Positions 20,032 to 29,069 of a DNA stretch of 64,000 bases are shown here, piece by piece. Position 1 is the stretch's first letter. Every line of letters begins with the position of its first letter. Made by a program: the position numbers and the translations under genes. Source of the DNA: an uncultured Planctomycetia bacterium (GTDB lineage: Bacteria; Omnitrophota; Gorgyraeia; Duberdicusellales; 4484-171). Location of the stretch: contig CAZAYU010000007.1 of assembly GCA_964489445.1 (NCBI GenBank), positions 37,579-101,578 on the forward strand. Direction: 5' to 3'. The notes beneath the pieces are model-generated. The model had not been told where the DNA came from, searched no databases, and saw nothing but the letters and a program-made list of their open reading frames with translations.

Positions 20032-21327
20032 CTATTTCAACAAATCCTCAAGCTCGCAAGACAACAGTGCCGACTTATTGAGGACAATCTGTTCTTTCTG
20101 GTTTAAGCGCTCTGTAGTACTTCTGATAAGTTTAGTAGTTATACTCCTATTTCTGCTAAGCATAACGCGGTTTATTTTTTTTAGATACTTTTCGTTTTTC
20201 TGATGAAAAAGAGTCGCATGCCGCTTGAGTCTATCGTGATATGAGGAGCGGATACCCCCTCCGTCACTTTTGAATTGAATGATACGACTTATATTTTCAT
20301 TGATCTCAGTCGGAGGAAAATCTCTTTCACAATCTTCAATCCAGTATTCAACCATTTCATATCGTATCCAGCAGGTCTTCCCTTCTTCGGTATTATAGGT
20401 GAATGTAAACGAAAAGTTGTCATTACTAAAATTCTGATACACTTGGACGCTTTCCAATGCGGTCACCGTGCATATTTCATATGTATCGACAAGCTGTAAA
20501 TAGGTTTCTCTCCAATTTGTAAGCCAATTTTCAATGTAGGTACGGTTCACAAAGAGCGGCAAAAGATCCTGGTTAAGGTTTACATCGCTGACAGCATTCA
20601 TTTTGATTGTAAGCTTATCGAAAAGTGTACGCAAATCTTTGGCCTCCTCCACATTTTTAGCCATAAGATAATCAAGGTCGGGTACAATCTTGTTGTTCAT
20701 GTACCAAAGAAGGTCATATATATCACGGCCTTTTTCCTCATAAAAAGCCTTGCCCACACCACGTGTCCCACGAAGAAAAATTGCAGCCACTTTACTGGCC
20801 ATAAGAGCCGACATATTATAGGTTAAGATCACAAAGGATAACTGATCTTGATTGATAGGATAACGTTCGGTTACCGTTTTGGGAGACGTAAAATGATTTA
20901 GATCAACTTTGACATGTATCTGATTTGACGGATGGCTAAGATTTAATGCTGCACCAACATTGAATTTAAGCAGCAACCCTCTTCCTGTAACGATTTTTAC
21001 AGCCATGAAATTTAAATGGGTACTATACGTACGGGAAAAATGATCTTCGATTTCTTTCTTTAGTTTATCCAGAAAATCTTTCGTTACCCTTTCAGAAACT
21101 TCAAAATCCAAATCAACCGACATTCGGTCGAGTCTATGAATAATGCGTAGTACAGAACCCCCGTACATTATCCATTTATTATATTCGGGATGGTGGTAAA
21201 TAAAATTAAGGACGTAAAACTGAAGTTCCTCCTTAAGGACATTTCGGAGCGTTTCAGCATCCATCTCCCCATGTTGGGCAAGATCATCAAGTTTCCTTTT
21301 TAAAATGGCAAGAATATGTTCACTCAT
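20032..21327 (-). CDS. AbiEii/AbiGii nucleotidyltransferase toxin with C-terminal extension
   Basis: MYGGSVLR...RMSVDLDF, SKVAAI, KGRDIYDL. Confidence 0.88.
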   Translation of the reverse strand: MSEHILAILKRKLDDLAQHGEMDAETLRNVLKEELQFYVLNFIYHHPEYNKWIMYGGSVLRIIHRLDRMSVDLDFEVSERVTKDFLDKLKKEIEDHFSRTYSTHLNFMAVKIVTGRGLLLKFNVGAALNLSHPSNQIHVKVDLNHFTSPKTVTERYPINQDQLSFVILTYNMSALMASKVAAIFLRGTRGVGKAFYEEKGRDIYDLLWYMNNKIVPDLDYLMAKNVEEAKDLRTLFDKLTIKMNAVSDVNLNQDLLPLFVNRTYIENWLTNWRETYLQLVDTYEICTVTALESVQVYQNFSNDNFSFTFTYNTEEGKTCWIRYEMVEYWIEDCERDFPPTEINENISRIIQFKSDGGGIRSSYHDRLKRHATLFHQKNEKYLKKINRVMLSRNRSITTKLIRSTTERLNQKEQIVLNKSALLSCELEDLLK

Positions 21328-22003
21328 CGTTAAGGTATTTTTTTATCATTGTGTAAAATTTGGTCCGTTCCTTTTTATCCATTTCGTCAATATCTATCCG
21401 CAATTCTTCGATAAGCGCTTTAACGTCTTTTGAACGAACGCCACGGAACTGGTAAGTCTTGAAATAGAGTAGATCAAACAAAGCCTTTGCCGGAGAAGCG
21501 ATGTAAAAATCGAGTTTCACTGACTGGCCGTCTAACGACTTTTCTGCTGACAAGGTAGGCGATACAAGTGAAACTGACTTCCCTTGTGCCAAGAAAAAAT
21601 CTGAAAATAACTCTTCTTTTATGGACTGATAGGTGAAAATGCCGGCTTTTGTTTTATAGTTCCTAGTCACTTTCGGCGTAACAGAGGTAATGCTGTATAT
21701 GACTTCCGTGGTAAGGTTGTAAAATTGAAGAGCGGCCCATGAACTGACATAGGAAGGCGTTCGGATAATGTTTGCCAGGTAAAAAGAATAGGAAATATCG
21801 CTTCTGTTTTTGCTAAAAAAATCGGCTGATATATAGAGCCCCTTTTTGAGTTGGAGGATTTCTTTATGCTTCAGGAAGCGGCTGATATATGTATCCACCG
21901 TGGTATCGGAAAGTCCCAGTTGTTTGCCAAGTTGATATAGGCTGTCTTTGCTGAAGTAAGGAAAAGATTTTAGCTGTTCTAATAGGTTTCTCTTGCTTTT
22001 CAT
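21320..22003 (-). CDS. AbiEi-type type IV antitoxin
   Basis: LKKGLY, PSYVSSWAAL, IASPAKALFD; overlaps AbiEii start. Confidence 0.85.
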   Translation of the reverse strand: MKSKRNLLEQLKSFPYFSKDSLYQLGKQLGLSDTTVDTYISRFLKHKEILQLKKGLYISADFFSKNRSDISYSFYLANIIRTPSYVSSWAALQFYNLTTEVIYSITSVTPKVTRNYKTKAGIFTYQSIKEELFSDFFLAQGKSVSLVSPTLSAEKSLDGQSVKLDFYIASPAKALFDLLYFKTYQFRGVRSKDVKALIEELRIDIDEMDKKERTKFYTMIKKYLNDE

Positions 22004-22078
22004 AATTATGACATAAGTGTATCATAAAAGAAACATGCTGTCAAGTGCCAAATTAAAAACAAATTTTTATCTTACTTA

Positions 22079-22285
22079 TTAAATTTTCCCTAACTCTTTC
22101 ACTCCAAACCATTTATCTTCCTCAACTGCCCCAAAATCATCCCTACGTACTGGGATATACGGCCAGCCATATGTCTTAATAAAAATTTTTGACTGACATG
22201 TCCGTGGCTCTCTGGAAAATTGTCGCAGAGAATTCTCTGGTATATAGGAGCCCGGACGTTTTTCGGTTACTCTTTTATTTGCCAT
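22079..22285 (-). pseudogene. Orphan miaB 5' fragment A reading into element end
   Basis: ...SKIFIKTYG then WPYIP, diverging from MiaB exactly at the Cys codon. Confidence 0.8.
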
Positions 22286-22296
22286 AGTTTTTTACC

Positions 22297-22414
22297 CACC
22301 CACATGCCTAAATATTTTTGCTGCTTTTATTTATTATAACAAAAAATAATTATTTGGTAAGAAATATTTGATTTGTATTAAGCAGAGTGTACCTAAATAG
22401 GACGTCCGTGATTT
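22297..22414. repeat. 118-bp direct repeat copy 1 (promoter-containing)
   Basis: Near-identical to 27154-27271; contains TGTTATAAT on minus strand. Confidence 0.93.
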
Positions 22415-22424
22415 CTCCTTCATT

Positions 22425-24704
22425 TTACAACTTCGCGCTTCGCAATCTTAGGGCATTTCCGATTACAGAAACCGAGCTGAAACTCATGGCCGCTCCGGCA
22501 ATCATTGGATTGAGTAACAATCCGATAAATGGATATAAGATACCTGCAGCGATTGGAATCCCTATGGCGTTATAAAAAAACGCAAAGAACAAGTTCTGCC
22601 GGATATTCCCCATAACAAATCGGCTAAGTTTTATGGCTTTAACGATCCCGTTTAAATCACCTTTCACCAATGTGATCCCCGCGCTTTCAATGGCAACATC
22701 CGTTCCCGTTCCCATCGCCACACCAACTTCCGCCTGAGCCAACGCAGGCGCATCGTTAATGCCGTCACCTGCCATTAAGACCTTCGCGCCTTTTCCTGTT
22801 AGTTCCTTGACAATTTCCTGCTTGTCCTTTGGCTCAAGCTCTGCACGAACATCGTCGATCTCTAGTTCCTTGGCAATTGCCTGTGCTGTCTTTTGATTGT
22901 CGCCAGTCAGTATGATAACTTTTAATCCAAGGCCATGAAGTTCCTTAATCGCAAGTGGCGTACTTTTCTTGATCGGATCAGAAATTCCAAGCATCCCCAT
23001 AATTTTCTTTTCCTGCGCCACCCAAACAACCGTCTCGGCCTTCTCCTGTATGACTGTTGCTTTTTGCTTTAACCCTTCAGGCAAATCCCCGGCAAGCTCA
23101 GTAATAAATTTTCCCTTACCCAAATAAACATCTTTCCCATCTATTTTTCCTTTGACTCCACCGCCTGTCACAGAATCAAAGCCTTGGACATTCTTAAGAC
23201 CAACGCTCTTTTCTTTTGCATAGTCAAGCACAGCCCGCGCCAAAGGATGCTCGCTGGCTTGTTCCAACGAACCAGCAATGAAAAGAACATCCTTTTTTTC
23301 AATGCCTTCCTCTGTTTCAATTGAGGTCACACGAGGCCTTCCTTCGGTCAATGTTCCGGTTTTGTCTGTCAACACATGAGTAATTTTTTCAGTCTTTTCA
23401 ATCGCCTCCGCGTTCTTTATTAATATCCCAGCCTGAGCGCCACAGCCGACACCGACCATAATAGACATCGGCGTCGCTAATCCAAGCGCGCAGGGGCAGG
23501 CAATGATCAAAACAGCAATAGCATTAACTAAAGCATAAGCCAACGCGGGCGAAGGTCCCCATAAAGTCCAAATCACAAATGTCACAACAGCCATGGCAAG
23601 GACAACAGGCACAAAAACTCCGGCCACTTTATCCACCATCCTTTGTATCGGCGCCCGGCTGCGCTGTGCTTCCGAGACCATATGAACAATCTGAGATAAC
23701 AATGTTTCAGAACCGACCTTTTCAGTTCTCATAACAAATGTTCCGGTTTGATTAATCGTAGCACCGATGACTTTATCACCTTCTTTTTTTTCTACCGGCA
23801 CCGGCTCCCCTGAAATCATGGACTCATCGATTGTGCTTTTTCCTTCTGTGATAACGCCATCCAAAGGCACCTTTTCTCCAGGCCGCACACGCAAGAGATC
23901 TCCCTTTTGAATCTGATCGATATCAGCTTCTTCTTCCTCTAAATCAATAACCTTGTGCGCCTTTTTCGCCGCAATCCCCAATAACGCCTTTATGGCCTGC
24001 CCTGTTTGAGTACGGGCCCGAGTTTCCAGATATTGGCCCAAGATCACCAAAACGGTAATCACAACGCCTGCTTCAAAATACAACCCCAGCTTCCCAGACA
24101 TCTTTAACGATTCAGGGAAAATCTGCGGGAACAAAACCGCAACAGCGCTATAAGAATAAGCTGCTCCCACACCCATAGCGATTAACGTGAACATATTCAA
24201 ACTGCGATTAATGATTGATTTCCACGCACGGATAAAAAAAAATCCGCCAGCCCAAAAAATAACTGGTGTCGCTAAAATCAATTGGATCCAACTAGACATT
24301 TTATGAGAAATAAATCCGAATTTAAGCGCAGGGATCATTTCTTCCATAGCTAGAAGAAAAACCGGCAGCCCTAACACTAATCCTATCCAGAATTTACGGG
24401 CAAGCTTTTTTATTTCTTCCTGTTCCCCGCCTTCATCGGAGACAACGTTCTTGGACTCTAAAGCCATTCCGCATTTAGGACAATCCCCAGAATGATCCTG
24501 CTCAACTTCGGGATGCATTGGACAGGTATAAATACTAACGGGGCTAGCCTTCATTTTCGAAGGAATAGCCCCGTCTTTTGCATTCTGTCCTAAAAACTTT
24601 TGCTTACAGTGTGCACTACAAAAATAGTACTCCTGTCCATCACGCTTAGCCTTAATGGCCCCGGCTTCATTAACCTGCATTTTGCATATAGGGTCAACAG
24701 CCAT
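22425..24704 (-). CDS. copA: Cu(I)-translocating P1B-type ATPase with YHS/TRASH and YTCPMHP domains
   Basis: DPICKM...[28 protein letters not shown], MxFSS. Confidence 0.92.
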   Translation of the reverse strand: MAVDPICKMQVNEAGAIKAKRDGQEYYFCSAHCKQKFLGQNAKDGAIPSKMKASPVSIYTCPMHPEVEQDHSGDCPKCGMALESKNVVSDEGGEQEEIKKLARKFWIGLVLGLPVFLLAMEEMIPALKFGFISHKMSSWIQLILATPVIFWAGGFFFIRAWKSIINRSLNMFTLIAMGVGAAYSYSAVAVLFPQIFPESLKMSGKLGLYFEAGVVITVLVILGQYLETRARTQTGQAIKALLGIAAKKAHKVIDLEEEEADIDQIQKGDLLRVRPGEKVPLDGVITEGKSTIDESMISGEPVPVEKKEGDKVIGATINQTGTFVMRTEKVGSETLLSQIVHMVSEAQRSRAPIQRMVDKVAGVFVPVVLAMAVVTFVIWTLWGPSPALAYALVNAIAVLIIACPCALGLATPMSIMVGVGCGAQAGILIKNAEAIEKTEKITHVLTDKTGTLTEGRPRVTSIETEEGIEKKDVLFIAGSLEQASEHPLARAVLDYAKEKSVGLKNVQGFDSVTGGGVKGKIDGKDVYLGKGKFITELAGDLPEGLKQKATVIQEKAETVVWVAQEKKIMGMLGISDPIKKSTPLAIKELHGLGLKVIILTGDNQKTAQAIAKELEIDDVRAELEPKDKQEIVKELTGKGAKVLMAGDGINDAPALAQAEVGVAMGTGTDVAIESAGITLVKGDLNGIVKAIKLSRFVMGNIRQNLFFAFFYNAIGIPIAAGILYPFIGLLLNPMIAGAAMSFSSVSVIGNALRLRSAKL

Positions 24705-24743
24705 AAAAGGAACCCCTTCCTGTTTTTAATAATCCTGTTTGGA

Positions 24744-25142
24744 TTATTTCCCTATCTCGCCGGCGGTCAGAGCATTCTCTGCAGGATTATTTCTTCCCCT
24801 GCCCGTCATGCCACCTTTCATCATAGGACAATTTTTCATCATTTCCTTCATATTCTTCTGCATCGCTTCCATATCGATTTTGATTTCTACTTCTTTGACA
24901 AGGTTTAAATTTTTATCATATTTCATAAGTTTATTACCAGCTAAAACAATGACACCACCGTCTTCAGTGGCAACAATAGTCTTTTTCATCATGGCCTTCA
25001 TCATCATGCCACCCATAGGATTCATGCCCATATCCTTGCCTTTTCCCATCATATCGCCTTTCATCCCCTCCATTCCTTGCGCAAAAACAATAGCTGATAT
25101 TAGAAACAAACCGCTAAGCGTTAAAACCAATACTTTTCTCAT
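24744..25142 (-). CDS. Exported Met-rich protein
   Basis: Signal peptide, two Met-rich tracts; upstream of copA. Confidence 0.75.
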   Translation of the reverse strand: MRKVLVLTLSGLFLISAIVFAQGMEGMKGDMMGKGKDMGMNPMGGMMMKAMMKKTIVATEDGGVIVLAGNKLMKYDKNLNLVKEVEIKIDMEAMQKNMKEMMKNCPMMKGGMTGRGRNNPAENALTAGEIGK

Positions 25143-25263
25143 TTACGACTCCTTTTTTTCCGAGCTTACTGCGTAGATAATCACCAGTTAGCTAATGTTT
25201 AAACTCTAAAATATAATTCATAAAAGCGGCGTATCAGTGTAAGCGATGTTCGCTTCCTCGGAT

Positions 25264-25377
25264 TTACGGATCAGCAGCTCTTTTCCTAGCGATCCCGCTG
25301 ATCATTAAGACAAAAGCAAATGTATTGCCGACGTTGCCTGCCCCAATTATAGCAATTTTAGGTTCTAGAGAATCCAT
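25264..25377 (-). pseudogene. L-lactate/malate dehydrogenase N-terminal fragment
   Basis: MDSLEPKIAIIGAGNVGNTFAFVLMISGIAR then stop after 37 aa; RBS present. Confidence 0.75.
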
Positions 25378-25396
25378 GCTTTCACCTTCCCCCTGA

Positions 25397-26371
25397 TTAA
25401 TCTAAATGCCTATTAACACTAAAAGCTTTCTGAAGAGCGCGGTTTGCTAATGCCACGGCGCTGCTTGAGGCTGTAGTATTTGCAAGAGCGTTTAACATCA
25501 CAAAGTCGTGTGTGATCCCCAAATATCGAACAGCCGTTACGGGAACACCTGCCTCCATTAGCTTATGGGCATATGCTTCACCTTCGTCACGTAACACATC
25601 CAATTCGCCGGTAATAACAAGAGCCGGAGGCAATTTTTTAAGCTGCCCGATAGATGCTCGAAGCGGAGAAGCAGTTGGTCTTTTTCTTCCTGTTTTGTTA
25701 GGCAGATAGTTAGCCCAGAACCATTTCATGGCCTCGCGGGTCAGAAAATATCCTGTTGCAAATTGTTTATACGATTGCGTGTCGAAGTTAGCATCAGTCA
25801 CCGGATAAAATAGCACCTGAAAAGTAATAGCGGGTCCGCGCCTTTTCTTTGCTAGCATTGTAACAGCAATCGCCATATTGGCACCAACGCTATCACCTGC
25901 CACAGCTAATTTTGAAGTATCAAGGTTAAAGGTCTTCCCGTTTTTTGCGATATATTTTGTCGCGGCATAAGCCTCTTCGATTGCAACCGGATATTTTGCT
26001 TCCGGGGAGGGAGTAAAATTAACAAACACCACAGCAACTTTGGCGCCATTGGCAATTAATCGAACTAAACGATCGTGGGTTTTTTCATCACCCAAAACCC
26101 ATCCACCGCCATGAAAATACATTACAATAGGCAATTTATTAGTATAGCCTTTGGGCCGTATGATCCGAATAGAAACCTGTCCGCTAGATCCGCAAGGAAT
26201 GTTGCACTCTTCGATATCGACAGAAAGCTTCTTCACTTTTCCTGATTGTGCATCAGAAAGAACCTTACGAGCCGCTTCCACGGAAAGCTCATAAATCTTC
26301 GGGCCTTTTTGGGAGTTGACAGCGGCTAAGAAATCTTTTACGATTGGTTCTGTTCCAGATATTTTTTTCAT
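25397..26371 (-). CDS. Alpha/beta hydrolase, HSL-family esterase
   Basis: HGGGW, GDSVG, DVLRDEG, HDF. Confidence 0.92.
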   Translation of the reverse strand: MKKISGTEPIVKDFLAAVNSQKGPKIYELSVEAARKVLSDAQSGKVKKLSVDIEECNIPCGSSGQVSIRIIRPKGYTNKLPIVMYFHGGGWVLGDEKTHDRLVRLIANGAKVAVVFVNFTPSPEAKYPVAIEEAYAATKYIAKNGKTFNLDTSKLAVAGDSVGANMAIAVTMLAKKRRGPAITFQVLFYPVTDANFDTQSYKQFATGYFLTREAMKWFWANYLPNKTGRKRPTASPLRASIGQLKKLPPALVITGELDVLRDEGEAYAHKLMEAGVPVTAVRYLGITHDFVMLNALANTTASSSAVALANRALQKAFSVNRHLD

Positions 26372-26376
26372 AATTT

Positions 26377-27102
26377 TTACCTCTCCTTCTTACTAGTCAG
26401 ATTTTTTTCCGCAAAGTCCCAATTGATCAATTTCTCGATCACGACTTTCAGATAATCCGCTCGCCGGTTCTGATAATCGAGATAGTAGGCGTGCTCCCAT
26501 ACGTCAAGAACCAATAGCGCTTTTCCCTTCTTCTGCGACATGGGATTTTCGGCATTCGGTGTTTTGAGGATCTTGAGGACTCCTGCGTCTTCAACAAGCC
26601 ATACCCAGCCGCTACCGAACTGGGTCATCCCAGCTTCGGAGAATTGTTTTATAAAGTTTTCGTAACTGCCAAAGTCGGCATCAATTTTATTGCCTATCTC
26701 GCCTTTCGGTCTGCCTCCTCCTTCTGGAGACAAACTATTCCAATAGAACGTGTGATTCCAAGCTTGAGCCGCGTTATTAAAAATGCCCGCCTTGTCAGCC
26801 TGTCCGGATGTCTTGGCAATAACGTCTTCAAGCTTCATACCCGCAAACTCTACCCCCTCAACAAGCGCGTTCAACTTATTAGTATAAGCCTGATGATGCT
26901 TGCCGTAGTGAAAACTTATAGTTTTTTCGGAAATAACTGGTTCCAATGCATTCTGTTCGTAAGAAAGCTCTAGCAAAACGAACGGTCCTGATTTTGATTG
27001 TGTCATAACTATACTCCTTTTTTGGTTAATGTCGGTTTCTGCCGATGCCACCGACAGGATTAATACTGTGAAAACCATGGCCCCTATAATTGTTTCTTTC
27101 AT
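26377..27102 (-). CDS. Fe/Mn superoxide dismutase, possible signal peptide
   Basis: HYGKHH, WNHTFYW, FGSGW, DVWEHAYY; candidate starts 27102 or 27006. Confidence 0.93.
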   Translation of the reverse strand: MKETIIGAMVFTVLILSVASAETDINQKRSIVMTQSKSGPFVLLELSYEQNALEPVISEKTISFHYGKHHQAYTNKLNALVEGVEFAGMKLEDVIAKTSGQADKAGIFNNAAQAWNHTFYWNSLSPEGGGRPKGEIGNKIDADFGSYENFIKQFSEAGMTQFGSGWVWLVEDAGVLKILKTPNAENPMSQKKGKALLVLDVWEHAYYLDYQNRRADYLKVVIEKLINWDFAEKNLTSKKER

Positions 27103-27153
27103 TCTGCATTTCTTTTTTATATCAGCCATCAGATTATCTCCAGTGATTTCTAA

Positions 27154-27271
27154 CACCCACATGCCTAAATATTTTTGCTGCTTTTATTTATTATAACAAA
27201 AAAGAATTATTTGGTAAGAAATATTTGATTTGTATTAAGCAGGGTGTACCTAAGTAGGACGTCTGTGATTT
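27154..27271. repeat. 118-bp direct repeat copy 2
   Basis: Near-identical to 22297-22414. Confidence 0.93.
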
Positions 27272-27279
27272 GGTGATTT

Positions 27280-27645
27280 CTAATAAGAGTATGCTACTGC
27301 ATCGACTATGATCTCTTTTTTTAATTTTCCGCTAATATTGCAATACCCCTCGACTGAAATCTTATCACCATTTTTAACATTAGGAATAAGATAGCTTACA
27401 GATTGGTTTTGGTTGTTATCCTCTTTGGAGATCATTTGTTGAATAATCTCTTCTCCATTCAACCCAACATCAACCTTTTCAATATAATGATTATTTGGAT
27501 TGCTTGTGCTATGTACAACTACGACATTAAGAATTCTTGTTGCTGGATCGAAAGCTATCTGAATATCCGAGGGTGGATGACTGTACGCTGCAGAAACATA
27601 TACAAAAAACAATAAACAACTTAAAAACACTCGTAGCTTCTTCAA
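27280..27645 (-). CDS. Exported desulfoferrodoxin/SOR-like beta-sandwich protein
   Basis: Signal peptide, HPP...H...HYI...CNISG pattern. Confidence 0.55.
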   Translation of the reverse strand: MKKLRVFLSCLLFFVYVSAAYSHPPSDIQIAFDPATRILNVVVVHSTSNPNNHYIEKVDVGLNGEEIIQQMISKEDNNQNQSVSYLIPNVKNGDKISVEGYCNISGKLKKEIIVDAVAYSY

Positions 27646-28397
27646 ATTGCACCTCCTTTATTTGTAGGTATTCTATACAATAATAAAATTAAAGCATTCA
27701 TAACTAACAAAGAAAACAACTCAACGTCAAATTTAATACCAACTTCTGTTAAGATGAAAATCAATACTGCCACTCCCATACCAAAAATGTATTTTCCAGT
27801 TGTTCTTGACGGAGTTGTTTTTGGTTCAATAAGCATAATAAAGATATAGAAATAACTAAAATAACTAAAAATATTTAAAAGCGGAACTTTTGTTAATAGC
27901 GCCTGCGTTCCAAATAAGAACAATGAAATAACTGTGTAACCAACAATAACTTCTAATTTCTTTACATGCTGTGCGAAGTAAATTCCAACCGGAACCAATA
28001 TGTACCATAAATAAGTGCTTTTCCATTGTGTAGAAGCGCTGAATATAACTATGGATAATAATACACCAAAAGCCGCTGGATTAAAGATATGTTTTTTTCT
28101 AAAGCTAATTAAATGTTTAGAAAAAATTGCTATTAAAGACGCAAACACAATTTTCCACCAACAATTATCACTTGAAAGCACGTATCCGATAATCATACCG
28201 GTGATTATTGAACTCTCAGTTATTTTAAATGCTTTTGTCTTGGAATATAAAATAAATGATTCACAAATAACCGCCGTAAATACAGAGATTACAAATGCAC
28301 CCAGAAAAACAAAATCTCTTTCTTTTATTGTAAAAAATAACACAACAGCTATTAAATAAATAATGAGTTGTGTTTTGATGGATCTTAAATTAATCAT
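27642..28397 (-). CDS. RnfD/NqrB-family membrane protein (short, orphan)
   Basis: SKH...HIFNPAAFG, MLIEPKTTP. Confidence 0.75.
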   Translation of the reverse strand: MINLRSIKTQLIIYLIAVVLFFTIKERDFVFLGAFVISVFTAVICESFILYSKTKAFKITESSIITGMIIGYVLSSDNCWWKIVFASLIAIFSKHLISFRKKHIFNPAAFGVLLSIVIFSASTQWKSTYLWYILVPVGIYFAQHVKKLEVIVGYTVISLFLFGTQALLTKVPLLNIFSYFSYFYIFIMLIEPKTTPSRTTGKYIFGMGVAVLIFILTEVGIKFDVELFSLLVMNALILLLYRIPTNKGGAI

Positions 28398-29032
28398 TAT
28401 TTTGTTTTCTCTTCTTCTCTAGTCATCGGGACAAACCTAACCGGAATAATATCTGTAATTTTTATCTGGCCGTTTATTTTTTTTAATAATTTTAATTCTT
28501 GGTAATTAGTTCCTACTGGAATAACCATCCTTGCGCCTTCGGCTAATTGTTCAGTTAACGGTTGCGGAATATTAGCTGAAGCACAGGTAACAATGATTGC
28601 GTCAAACGGTGCATACTCTTTCCAGCCAAAATATCCATCTAAGCAATTACCGATAATATTTCTATACCCTAAACTGCTTAAGACTTTTTTTGCTTGCTGA
28701 GATAACGTCTTCAATATTTCAATAGTGTAGACTCTCTTAGCTAATTCGGCTAGAATTGCTGTTTGATATCCAGAACCGGTTCCAACCTCTAAAACTTTAT
28801 CGTCATTATTTAATTCTAATAATTCAGTCATTAAGGCAACAATATAGGGTTGAGAAATTGTCTGTTCTTCGCCAATTGATAACGGGTAATCATCATATGT
28901 GAATCTCTGAGTCTCAAGTGGAACAAATAGTTCTCTTTTAATCCTTAACATAGCTTCTAATAGGCGGTGGTCTTTAATCCCCCGTGTTTTAATTTGATTT
29001 TTTACCATACTTTTTCTTGCTTCAGAAAACAT
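28397..29032 (-). CDS. pcm: Protein-L-isoaspartate O-methyltransferase
   Basis: QTISQPY, VLEVGTGSGY, APFDAI, VRFVPM. Confidence 0.95.
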   Translation of the reverse strand: MFSEARKSMVKNQIKTRGIKDHRLLEAMLRIKRELFVPLETQRFTYDDYPLSIGEEQTISQPYIVALMTELLELNNDDKVLEVGTGSGYQTAILAELAKRVYTIEILKTLSQQAKKVLSSLGYRNIIGNCLDGYFGWKEYAPFDAIIVTCASANIPQPLTEQLAEGARMVIPVGTNYQELKLLKKINGQIKITDIIPVRFVPMTREEEKTK

Positions 29033-29069
29033 TGTTTCTTTAAAATTTACATCTAGGTATCACAGACGG

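Larger units (their letters stand above)
19884..22168. mobile_element. Integrated cassette 2 at miaB (AbiEi/AbiEii)
   Basis: Bounded by GGCTG cores of miaB fragments B and A. Confidence 0.7.

Noticed and set aside
22297-27271. 118-bp repeats as IS ends or CRISPR repeats
   Set aside because: Direct rather than inverted, only two copies, and no transposase or cas gene.
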